The translations under genes and the position numbers were made by a program. The notes beneath the pieces were generated by a model, which saw nothing but the letters and a program-made list of their open reading frames with translations, was not told where the DNA came from and did no database searches. Shown here piece after piece: positions 17,677 through 26,040 of a stretch of 64,000 nt of DNA (within the stretch, counting starts at the first letter, position 1; each line of letters opens with the position of its first letter). The DNA is from an uncultured Bacteroidales bacterium (GTDB lineage: Bacteria > Bacteroidota > Bacteroidia > Bacteroidales > WCHB1-69), in NCBI GenBank assembly GCA_937892025.1, contig CALAVA010000238.1, positions 43,784 to 107,783 of the forward strand. Direction: 5' to 3'.

Positions 17677-18666
17677 ATGGGTAACTTAATCGAATTACCA
17701 AACATTAGTTTAGATTCAGTAGTAAATGAAAAAAATGATGAACAAAAACCAAAGAAAGAAGGTTTTGATGTTAAAAACTACCTAAATGTAAGACTTTCAG
17801 ATGGCGAAGACCAAAAGACACTTACGATAAGGTTATTACCGATGGACTTGGAAACAGGTAGTCCGTTTGCGAAAATACACATTCACAACGTGAAAGTCCC
17901 TCAAGATATGGTAAAACCAGGCGAAAAGCCGTATAAATCCTACATTTGTTTAAATAAGACGGAAGGAATTGACCATGAAAAGTATGGTACAAAGTGTCCA
18001 TTTTGCGAAATGAACTATGCCGCTTATTTGGAATCAACAAAAGAAACAGACCCAGTAAAGAAGAAAGCATTACAAGAAGCGTCTCTTGCATTCAAGAGTC
18101 AAGAAGCCGTTATTGTTAGGTGTATTGAGCGTGGAAAGGAAGAAGATGGTGTAAAGTTTTGGAAATTTAATATTAGGGCAAAGGATAAGACAGACCCGTA
18201 CAACCAAATTTTAAACTTGGCTAAGTTAAGGGAAGATGCTGCTGCAAGAAAGGGAGAAACAAACAATATACTTGATATTTACACTGGCCGTGACTTGAAC
18301 GTTACAATTACATCAGCAGAAAAGTCAGCACCAAGTATTATTGACGATGGTGACAGAAGCCCATTATCAAAAGACGAGGAATTGATGAAGAAATGGATAT
18401 TTGACAAAAAGAAATGGCAAGAAGTATTCACATGTAAGCCATATGAATATCTTAATCTTGTGGCCCAAATGAGAACTCCTTGGTTTGACAAGTCAAAGGG
18501 TGTTTGGGTTGATAAGGAAGAGTATGAGGCAGAACATAGCGCTAACACAAATGAAGTAGACAAAGAAATCAAGGAAGCGGAAAATAAAGTTAAAGAAAAC
18601 GAGAAATCTAACAATAATTCATTTGTTGGTTCGCTGGAAATTAACGATGATGATTTACCTTATTAA
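17677..18666 (+). CDS. single-stranded DNA-binding protein, T4 gp32-like
   Basis: 329 aa. 'LTIRLLP', 'FAKIHIHN', the Zn motif '...KCPFCE', 'GVKFWKFNIRAKD..YNQI' and the acidic tail 'LEINDDDLPY' parallel T4 gp32 (IRFLP, CPVCQ, FKYRFGKKIWDKI, acidic C-terminus). Confidence 0.85.
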   Translation: MGNLIELPNISLDSVVNEKNDEQKPKKEGFDVKNYLNVRLSDGEDQKTLTIRLLPMDLETGSPFAKIHIHNVKVPQDMVKPGEKPYKSYICLNKTEGIDHEKYGTKCPFCEMNYAAYLESTKETDPVKKKALQEASLAFKSQEAVIVRCIERGKEEDGVKFWKFNIRAKDKTDPYNQILNLAKLREDAAARKGETNNILDIYTGRDLNVTITSAEKSAPSIIDDGDRSPLSKDEELMKKWIFDKKKWQEVFTCKPYEYLNLVAQMRTPWFDKSKGVWVDKEEYEAEHSANTNEVDKEIKEAENKVKENEKSNNNSFVGSLEINDDDLPY

Positions 18667-18669
18667 TAT

Positions 18670-19296
18670 ATGTGTAATCACGGAAAAATTAAATTCAACT
18701 ATGGAGCAATGGGCAGTGGCAAAAGCCTTCATTTGATTGCCACTGCTCATAATTTCAAAATACATTCTATACCTTTTATTGTCCTTAAAAGTAAAATAGA
18801 CGATAGGGATGGAGAAGATGTTGTCCATTCAAGGGCAATTGGTGACATAGAGTGTGTTGGCATAACAACAAACGATAACATATTTGAACTTGTTTCAAAT
18901 TATCTCAATGCTGATTTGTTTTATGGAGCAAAGGGCCTTAGATGGATTCTTATAGACGAATGCCAATTTTTAACTGAAAAACAAGTTGATGAATTGGCTG
19001 CTGTTGCTGATAATTTTGGAACAAATGTTTTATGTTATGGTTTAAGGACTGATTTTAAAACACAATTATTTCCTGGTTCAAAGAGATTGTTTGAAATTGC
19101 AGATAGTTTCGAGGAAATAAAATCAAGTTGCTATTGCAACAGTAAGACTATTTTTAATGCAAGAATAAATAAGGATGGCGAAATTGTCACTGACGGAGAA
19201 CAAATTGAAGTTGGTGGTGATGATAGGTATGTGTCTTTATGCAGAAAGTGCTATTTTGAGAAGACAGGAAATCCTTTGTATAAAAAAAATGATTAA
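18670..19296 (+). CDS. tdk: thymidine kinase
   Basis: 208 aa. P-loop 'GAMGSGKS', 'ILIDECQFL', and the C-terminal Zn-binding pairs 'SSCYCNS' and 'LCRKCY'. Confidence 0.9.
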   Translation: MCNHGKIKFNYGAMGSGKSLHLIATAHNFKIHSIPFIVLKSKIDDRDGEDVVHSRAIGDIECVGITTNDNIFELVSNYLNADLFYGAKGLRWILIDECQFLTEKQVDELAAVADNFGTNVLCYGLRTDFKTQLFPGSKRLFEIADSFEEIKSSCYCNSKTIFNARINKDGEIVTDGEQIEVGGDDRYVSLCRKCYFEKTGNPLYKKND

Positions 19297-19298
19297 AT

Positions 19299-20516
19299 AT
19301 GGCACAGCCACAAAAGAAAGCACCAATTAAAAAGAAAAACAATATTTCTGATTTGAAAGCAAAAATGGGATTTGGTGTTAGTGTTGAAAAAGGTGAAATT
19401 CAAAATGCAAGTAATGCAGACAAACCGTTAGAATGGATAATAATGCCAAAGGCATTTCAAGAGGCAACAAAAATGCCTGGATTTCCAATGTCTTATGTGT
19501 CAACGATTTGTGGACATCCTAACACTGGAAAAAGTACATTAATAAACCATGCAATTGTTTCAGCACAAAGACAAGGAATTGTTCCTGTAATTTATGATAC
19601 TGAAAACAATTTTGATTTCCAATATGCTATAGATATGGGAATGGACGCAACACCTGTTTATGGCAATGTTAATGTTGAAGTCGTTGACCCAGAAAGCGGT
19701 GATGTAACAGTTGTAAAAGAAAATAGAATTATTGAATACGATGGACCGTTTGTTTATTTCAATAATGCAATATTAATGGAAAGATATGGCGATATTGATT
19801 ATTCAACTGGAAAACGTGGAGGTAAAAAGAGAACTTCTGCGGTTATTGAGGACATTGTGTATTCAATTAATGAATTTCTTGAAGCGCAAGCAAATGGGGA
19901 CATTGACCAAGGTTTCTTGTTTTTATGGGATTCTGTTGGAAGTATTGGCGGATTAAAATCATATAACAGTAAGGTTGGAAACAATATGTTTGATGCTGGC
20001 ACAATTTCTGCTGCATTCCAAGATATTATGGATAACAAGATTCCGTCATCAAGAAAAATTTCTTCCAAATATTCAAACACAATGATTATGGTTAATAAAA
20101 TTTGGCTTGATGGTACTACTAATCCCGTTGCTCCACCTAGTATGGAAATGAAGGGAGGAAAATCAATTACTTATCGTTCAAGATTGATTATTCTTCTTGG
20201 TGGCCAATTAAAGGCTTCTGTAAAGAGACTTTCTGCCGTATCAAAGGGGCTAACGTATAATTATGGTACACAGACAAAAATTAAGGTTATTAAAAACCAA
20301 TTACCGAGTCCATTTAATGTAACATATGAGGGAGAATTTATTTGTACTGATATTGGTATAATAGGAATGAGCAAGGAAGAACAAGAGGACTATAAGAAAA
20401 ATAGAGCCCCGGAGTTGTTAAAGCGACTTAATGAAATAGCTGACAGTAATGGATGTAATAGAGTTAATGATGTTAATGATATTTCATTTGAAGAAAAAAA
20501 TGATGATGAAATTTAA
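19299..20516 (+). CDS. RecA/UvsX-family recombinase-like ATPase
   Basis: 405 aa. Walker A 'GHPNTGKST', 'VPVIYDTEN', Walker B-like 'FLFLWDSVGS', and 'MVNKIW...MKGGKSITYRSRLIILLG' similar to the RecA/UvsX core. Confidence 0.65.
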   Translation: MAQPQKKAPIKKKNNISDLKAKMGFGVSVEKGEIQNASNADKPLEWIIMPKAFQEATKMPGFPMSYVSTICGHPNTGKSTLINHAIVSAQRQGIVPVIYDTENNFDFQYAIDMGMDATPVYGNVNVEVVDPESGDVTVVKENRIIEYDGPFVYFNNAILMERYGDIDYSTGKRGGKKRTSAVIEDIVYSINEFLEAQANGDIDQGFLFLWDSVGSIGGLKSYNSKVGNNMFDAGTISAAFQDIMDNKIPSSRKISSKYSNTMIMVNKIWLDGTTNPVAPPSMEMKGGKSITYRSRLIILLGGQLKASVKRLSAVSKGLTYNYGTQTKIKVIKNQLPSPFNVTYEGEFICTDIGIIGMSKEEQEDYKKNRAPELLKRLNEIADSNGCNRVNDVNDISFEEKNDDEI

Positions 20517-20584
20517 AAAAAGGTATTTGGATAAAGATGATAAATATGCAACAAACGATGAAGAACTTTTAAGGATAATTAAAG

Positions 20585-20600
20585 GATAACTACTATTTAT
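20585..20600 (+). promoter_or_regulatory. TAACTACTATTTAT motif (candidate phage promoter)
   Basis: ATAACTACTATTTATG shares TAACTACTATTTAT with 16297-16310. Confidence 0.4.
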
Positions 20601-20605
20601 GTTAT

Positions 20606-20690
20606 AAAGTAAATTACAATGTATTGTATGACTTTTAATATAAATTAAACAACAATAAGGCGCTACTATGTAGATAGTAGTGCCTTTTTT
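20606..20690 (+). ncRNA. candidate small RNA or leader (motif, then hairpin, then strong terminator)
   Basis: The region between the promoter-like motif and the 20658-20690 terminator has no plausible ORF. It contains the hairpin TACAAT/ATTGTA (20614-20627). Confidence 0.25.
20658..20690 (+). terminator. rho-independent terminator
   Basis: GGCGCTACTA (20658-20667) pairs with TAGTAGTGCC (20674-20683), a 10-bp stem with one G-U. A T7 run follows. Confidence 0.8.
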
Positions 20691-20725
20691 TGTTGTGCGT
20701 TAATAATTCTAAAAAAATTGTTTTT

Positions 20726-21523
20726 ATGGCTAAGAAAAAGAGACTTGTGGAATCATTGGATGAAGATGAACTTGCTTACATTAGTGAAAAAATGTATCCA
20801 ATTAAAACAAACATAATTGATTTTGAATCGTGTAAGGTACATATAAAATGTAAAAATTCTCATCAAAAAGAATTTTTAAAACAACTTGACGATAAAAATA
20901 ATGTTATATGCTTTGGAGAAGGGGTGGCTGGTACTGGAAAATCTTATATTTCTTTGGCATATAGTTTAAAACAATTGTTAAATGGTAGATGTGAAAAAAT
21001 AACAATAATCGTTCCAACTTGTCCTTCAGGGGGTGATGGAATTGAAATTGGATATTTAAAGGGGAATTATGATGAAAAAATAGGACCGTTTCTTGAAGCT
21101 GATATTGATACAATGAAAAAAATATTGAAAAAAAGCGGAAATTCAAACTATAATGAGGTTATTGATTATCTAATAAAAGATGGAAAAATAGATTTTCAAA
21201 TTGTAAATTATATTAGAGGTAAATCAATAAACGGTATAATATTGGTAAATGAGTGTGAACAATTTACAAAAGAAAATTTAAAATTAATTTTAACAAGAAT
21301 AGAAGATGATGACAGCGAAGAGGATATGCTAACAAAAGTAATCATAACTGGCGATTTGACACAATGCGATAGAAAATTGATTAACAATAACAAAAACAAG
21401 TCTGGAATGGAATATGCAATGGATACGCTAAAGGATTTAGATGAAGTATCAATAACACATTTTGATAATTCTGATGTCGTTAGGTCAAAAATTGTGTCAA
21501 AAATATTGGATTTATGGAATTAA
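20726..21523 (+). CDS. phoH: PhoH-like ATPase
   Basis: Walker A 'GVAGTGKSY', 'IILVNECEQFT' (compare the family pattern 'iivDEaQN'), 'ITGDLTQCD', and C-terminal 'SDVVRSKIVSKIL'. The start is taken at ATG 20726, downstream of the terminator. The track's TTG at 20690 lies inside the T-run. Confidence 0.85.
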   Translation: MAKKKRLVESLDEDELAYISEKMYPIKTNIIDFESCKVHIKCKNSHQKEFLKQLDDKNNVICFGEGVAGTGKSYISLAYSLKQLLNGRCEKITIIVPTCPSGGDGIEIGYLKGNYDEKIGPFLEADIDTMKKILKKSGNSNYNEVIDYLIKDGKIDFQIVNYIRGKSINGIILVNECEQFTKENLKLILTRIEDDDSEEDMLTKVIITGDLTQCDRKLINNNKNKSGMEYAMDTLKDLDEVSITHFDNSDVVRSKIVSKILDLWN

Positions 21524-21607
21524 TTTAGGGAAGTATATACCAGTTGACACAAATTTTTCTTTATCATTTTTGAAATTGAATTGAAATTTGTATAATCTAT
21601 AATATTG

Positions 21608-21620
21608 AAACTATTTATTA
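21608..21620 (+). promoter_or_regulatory. AAACTATTTATTA motif (candidate phage promoter)
   Basis: A member of the CTATTTAT motif family, located upstream of the HEG. Confidence 0.35.
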
Positions 21621-21735
21621 CTGAATAATAATTAGTCATAAAATACGTGCCGCCACATTTGTTTTATGCTTTGTAATAATAGCCGTCATTTTTGGTAAAC
21701 TGGCGGGTTTGCCATTAATTTCGGCTTATTTTTTT

Positions 21736-23610
21736 ATGGGAAAATTAACAAAAGAAGAATTTGTAGAAAAAGCAAAAGACGTTCATGGGGAAAAATATGA
21801 CTATTCTAAAGTTGAATATAATGGGATGAATGAGAAGGTTTGTATTGTATGTCCTGAACATGGGGATTTTTGGCAATTGCCATTAAATCATATAAAGAAT
21901 CACGGCTGTCCAAAATGTTCTTCAAAAAAAATAAAAAGAAGTAGTAACTATATTGAATTTGTGGAAAACGCTAAAAAAGTTCATGGCGACAAATATAACT
22001 ATTCAAAGGTTAATTATGTGAATCAAAAAACAAAAGTCTGTATAATTTGCCCCGAACATGGAGAATTTTGGCAAACCCCAAATTCACATTTAAGCGGAAA
22101 CGGATGCAAAAAATGTGGAATTAAAATTTCTTCTGATAAAAAAAGGAAAAACATTGAAGAATTTATAGAAAAAGCGAAAGAAATTCACGGGGACAAATAT
22201 GATTACTCTAAATCGGTTTATGAAGGCTGTGATGAAAAAATAGAAATAATATGCAAAAAGCATGGCTCTTTTTTCCAAAACCCATTATCACATTTACACG
22301 GATGTGGATGCCCTATTTGTTCAAAAGAGAAACTTTCTAAAAAAAATAGATGTAGTAAAGAAGATTTTATAAAAAAAGCAAAAGAAATTCACAAAGGAAA
22401 ATATGACTATTCTAAAGTTGAATATGTAAACAGCAAGACTAAAGTGTGTATAATTTGTCCTGAACACGGTGAATTTTGGCAAACGCCAAATTTGCATTTA
22501 GCTGGGCGTGGATGTAAAAAATGTGGTATTAAAAGTGCTATAGATAAAAATAGGATTACAAAGGAAAATATTTTAGATGTATTAAACAAGATTCATAATG
22601 GAGAATATGATTATTCTAAATTGGATTTTAATAGGGAAAGGGATAAAGTGTGCATTATATGCCCGAAGCATGGCGAGTTTTGGCAAACTCTTGATTCCCA
22701 TTTAAGAGGTGAAGGCTGTCCAAAATGCGCAAAAAAGACATCAAAAGCAGAGATTGAGATTAAAAATTTTATTGAAAATATGCTTGGTGAATGTAGTGTC
22801 GAAGAAAGAAATCGTAATATCATATCTCCATATGAAATTGATTTATATGTACCATCAAAGAAAGTTGGAATTGAATATAATGGTCTGCTATGGCATTCAG
22901 AAAAATATGGTAAAGACAAAAATTACCATTTGAATAAAACAATTTTAGCAAACAAGAACGGTATACGCCTTATACAGATTTTTGAAGATGAATATTTAAA
23001 CAAAAAAGAAATTGTTCTTGATAAGTTAAAGCACATATTAGGATGTAATAATGGAGAAAAAATATATGGAAGAAAATGCAAAATAAAAGAAATATCTAAA
23101 AAAGAATGTTCTTTTTTTATGCAAAAAAACCATATACAAGGATATTCAAAATCAAATGTTTGTATTGGTTGTTTTTACAAAAATGAACTTATTGGCTCAA
23201 TGTGTTTTTTAAAAGATTATAAAAACAGTAATAAATGGGAACTTAATAGATTTTCAACAAAGTTAAATACAAATTGTATTGGGTGTGGCGGAAAAATGCT
23301 TAGTTTTTTTATAAAAAAATATAATCCTTCTGAAATAAAATCATTTGCTGATATTAGGTGGGTTGATTATAATAATAATTTTTATGAAAAACTTGGATTC
23401 ACAAAGGATTTAATATTAAAACCTGATTATAAATATATAAAATTAGGTATGTGTGAACGTGTTCATAAATTTAATTTTAGAAAAAGTAAAATTTGTAAAT
23501 TATTTAATTCTGATAATTTAAAGAGTGAATCTGATATAATGAATGACAATGGATACTATAAAATATGGGATTGTGGACTTATACGGTATAAATGGATAAA
23601 TAACCAATAA
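21736..23610 (+). CDS. homing endonuclease-like protein: five Zn-ribbon repeats, a Vsr-like nuclease domain and a C-terminal domain
   Basis: Five copies of about 68 aa each follow the pattern 'F..KAK..HG.KYDYSKV.Y.....KV.IICPEHGEFWQTP..HL.G.GC.KC'. Then comes 'YEIDLYVPSKKVGIEYNGLLWHSE' (Vsr/DUF559-like core). The start is taken at ATG 21736. Confidence 0.75.
   Translation: MGKLTKEEFVEKAKDVHGEKYDYSKVEYNGMNEKVCIVCPEHGDFWQLPLNHIKNHGCPKCSSKKIKRSSNYIEFVENAKKVHGDKYNYSKVNYVNQKTKVCIICPEHGEFWQTPNSHLSGNGCKKCGIKISSDKKRKNIEEFIEKAKEIHGDKYDYSKSVYEGCDEKIEIICKKHGSFFQNPLSHLHGCGCPICSKEKLSKKNRCSKEDFIKKAKEIHKGKYDYSKVEYVNSKTKVCIICPEHGEFWQTPNLHLAGRGCKKCGIKSAIDKNRITKENILDVLNKIHNGEYDYSKLDFNRERDKVCIICPKHGEFWQTLDSHLRGEGCPKCAKKTSKAEIEIKNFIENMLGECSVEERNRNIISPYEIDLYVPSKKVGIEYNGLLWHSEKYGKDKNYHLNKTILANKNGIRLIQIFEDEYLNKKEIVLDKLKHILGCNNGEKIYGRKCKIKEISKKECSFFMQKNHIQGYSKSNVCIGCFYKNELIGSMCFLKDYKNSNKWELNRFSTKLNTNCIGCGGKMLSFFIKKYNPSEIKSFADIRWVDYNNNFYEKLGFTKDLILKPDYKYIKLGMCERVHKFNFRKSKICKLFNSDNLKSESDIMNDNGYYKIWDCGLIRYKWINNQ
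21745..22755 (+). repeat. five tandem coding repeats of about 205 nt (Zn-ribbon modules)
   Basis: The repeats are visible at DNA level. For example, tgtataatttgccccgaacatggagaattttggcaaaccccaaat (about 22040) matches tgtataatttgtcctgaacacggtgaattttggcaaacgccaaat (about 22446). Confidence 0.75.
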
Positions 23611-23931
23611 TTTATTTGATTGTTTTTTAAAATTGAAACTTGTCTATTTTATGATTTTCCTGTGTGAAAACCCACCATTTTAATGGATGGATGAAAGCAG
23701 AGATTCTTTAATTTTGGTTTTTTGAAATGTTTTTAGTATATTTGCATTAGAAACATAGAGATGGAAGGACTATCCCTTTGTGGACTTAAGGTAGCAGAGT
23801 ACTGCAAGCCTTCCCCAAGAATCCAACTACTTTAGTTATTGGAGTAGTCAGTAAAAATAATATTTAAATAGACAAAGGGCTCGTTGCAATTCCTCCAACT
23901 ATGGAACAGTTGGTTTCCTTGCAACTTTATC

Positions 23932-25167
23932 ATGACACAACCGGTAAGACAAAATATTAAAGAATTGCATCCAGAATTATCTACAAAGCCGTTTTTTACA
24001 TTGATAATTGACGGTAATAACCTTTTGCGACAATGTATGGCTGATACAAAAGTTAATTCAGATGGAATTCATTATGGTGGTATATTTCAATTTCTTCTTC
24101 AAATTAAGTTGATGCTAAAAGACTATCAGTATTCTTATGTTTATATCGTATTCGATGATTCTGAGTCTGGTATTTTACGATATAATTTATATAATGAGTA
24201 TAAAGCAAACAGGGATAAAAATTACGCAAAGCAAGTTATTGACGGTGAATATGAAAGTGACTATTGGAAACGCCTAAACATGACAATTAAGTGCATGGAA
24301 AAGGCTATATACAATAAAAACAAGAAAAAAGAGCGTGAAGAATCACTTTCTGATGAAGAAAAGGCTTTAAAGGAAGAAAGGAGGAAGAAAAAGTATATTG
24401 TTGACGAGAATTTTGAACGAGAACGAAACATTATAATGCAATATTGTGAAGAATTATTCATAAGGGTTCTTTTTGACAATAAAACAGAGGGTGATGATTT
24501 TATTGCATATTACACTTTGCATAAAAAATCAGAGGAAAGGATTGTTATTGTCAGTTCAGACCAAGATTTAACACAATTAATTACTCCAACTGTATCAGTT
24601 TATGATAGAAGAATCAAGAAATACCTTTCGGTTAAGAATTTTCAGTCAATTAAAGGGTATCCAATCGAAAATGTACTTATAAAGAAGATATTTTGCGGTG
24701 ATACATCAGATAATATAGGTAATATAAAGGGACTTTCTGAAAACAGGCTTATGGAATTAATGCCTGAGATAGCAGAGCGGCCAGTAAGCGTAAATGAGGT
24801 TAAAGAAAGGGCCCAAAAACTGATTGATGAACGTGTAGAACAGAAGAAAAAGCCATTACAATGGCACGAAAACATAGTTAATGGTGTTTCAAACAAGAAA
24901 TATGATGGTGATTTTTATGAAATCAATGAAAAAATCATAGATTTGAAACATCCTTTGCTCACCAAGAGGGCTGAGAATGATATAGAGTCAATGATGTATG
25001 CCCCATTGGACCCAGATGGTCGTTCTTTTGAAAATTTGTATGAAATGATTAAAAGGGATGGTATTGAGGATTTGATTAATCCTAATTCTTTTTCAAGCTT
25101 TTTTATACCATTTAAAGAGTTGTCTGAGAGGGAAAAAAGTAAGTTTAAAGCGGAGATGTCAGAATAA
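23932..25167 (+). CDS. 5'-3' exonuclease / flap endonuclease (T4 RNase H-like)
   Basis: 'FTLIIDGNNLLRQ', 'YVYIVFDD', 'EGDDFIAYY', 'IVIVSSDQDLTQL' and 'GDTSDNIGNIKGLSE' are PIN-like FEN motifs. The start is taken at ATG 23932. The track's upstream TTG lies in an RNA hairpin. Confidence 0.85.
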   Translation: MTQPVRQNIKELHPELSTKPFFTLIIDGNNLLRQCMADTKVNSDGIHYGGIFQFLLQIKLMLKDYQYSYVYIVFDDSESGILRYNLYNEYKANRDKNYAKQVIDGEYESDYWKRLNMTIKCMEKAIYNKNKKKEREESLSDEEKALKEERRKKKYIVDENFERERNIIMQYCEELFIRVLFDNKTEGDDFIAYYTLHKKSEERIVIVSSDQDLTQLITPTVSVYDRRIKKYLSVKNFQSIKGYPIENVLIKKIFCGDTSDNIGNIKGLSENRLMELMPEIAERPVSVNEVKERAQKLIDERVEQKKKPLQWHENIVNGVSNKKYDGDFYEINEKIIDLKHPLLTKRAENDIESMMYAPLDPDGRSFENLYEMIKRDGIEDLINPNSFSSFFIPFKELSEREKSKFKAEMSE

Positions 25168-25264
25168 TTTTTAAGAAAAATTTTGCTTTTTTGAATAATA
25201 ATTTATATAATCTAAGTATATTTTGATTTTGAACGGATTGTTTAATTTTTTTAAATTTTAAATT

Positions 25265-26029
25265 ATGGTAGATTTTAAAACAAAGTCCAACGAATCACAA
25301 CAAAAGGACTATAAAGAAAGATTCGAGTTTGTTTTTACTACTGATGGTAACATTATTTGTCAGCGTTACTTCAGAATTAATAACTTTAATCCTACTTCGT
25401 TGCGTTCTTATGAATTGACAAACGCAATTAGAAGGTGTGCTTCTGTCATTAACAGAGACCTTAGGGATAAGACGCAAATTTATCTTTCCATTTATGCACC
25501 GAGGGTTTTTGAATCTCAGAAGCAAATGGAAGAATACATTGAAAAAGACGAAAATTTTGCAAAGATGACGATTGGAGAGGGCCTTGTTGTTAGGGGAAAC
25601 ACTGAGACTGATTTTGTTCTTTGTGCAGACAAGACAGCAAAGCCAATTGGCAGTAAATTTGACGATGGTGAACTTACTGAGGCAAATCCTGAAGATAATA
25701 AATCTTCATATAAGTTTGCCTTTAAGGTTGACGGACAAGAGGTTTGTGCTATTACTTGGGATGGTTATTATCCTAAGTTTGTTAGGGATAAGATTGACCT
25801 TTCCAATAAGAGAGGTAAGTTCTCAGAGGAGGACAAAGAACATTTAACCTTTGAGCAGTATTTGCTCTATATGATGGTTAAGGATAAATCAGACCTTGTG
25901 TATGGTTTGATTAAAAACATTTGCTACGCTTGTAGTTATCCTGATAGCAAGGATTATACGGTTGACGTGGATGACATTTTTGATTGTTGGAACCACGATT
26001 CTTCCATGTTGCTATATAATGTGATATAA
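25265..26029 (+). CDS. hypothetical protein
   Basis: 254-aa ORF between the FEN and helicase genes. I recognise no motif. Confidence 0.5.
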   Translation: MVDFKTKSNESQQKDYKERFEFVFTTDGNIICQRYFRINNFNPTSLRSYELTNAIRRCASVINRDLRDKTQIYLSIYAPRVFESQKQMEEYIEKDENFAKMTIGEGLVVRGNTETDFVLCADKTAKPIGSKFDDGELTEANPEDNKSSYKFAFKVDGQEVCAITWDGYYPKFVRDKIDLSNKRGKFSEEDKEHLTFEQYLLYMMVKDKSDLVYGLIKNICYACSYPDSKDYTVDVDDIFDCWNHDSSMLLYNVI

Positions 26030-26040
26030 TTATGTAATAG

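Larger units (their letters stand above)
21524..23931 (+). mobile_element. free-standing homing-endonuclease cassette between phoH and the FEN gene (HEG plus structured untranslated flanks)
   Basis: The HEG ORF has an about 210-nt untranslated flank upstream and an about 320-nt one downstream. These are the longest non-coding tracts in the window. Short repeats are shared by both borders (TGACACAA, CTTTATCAT, CAGTTG). Confidence 0.5.

Noticed and set aside
23611-23931. tRNA gene(s) in the long non-coding tract.
   Set aside because: I found no cloverleaf, no GTTCRA T-loop box, and no acceptor-stem pairing by eye.
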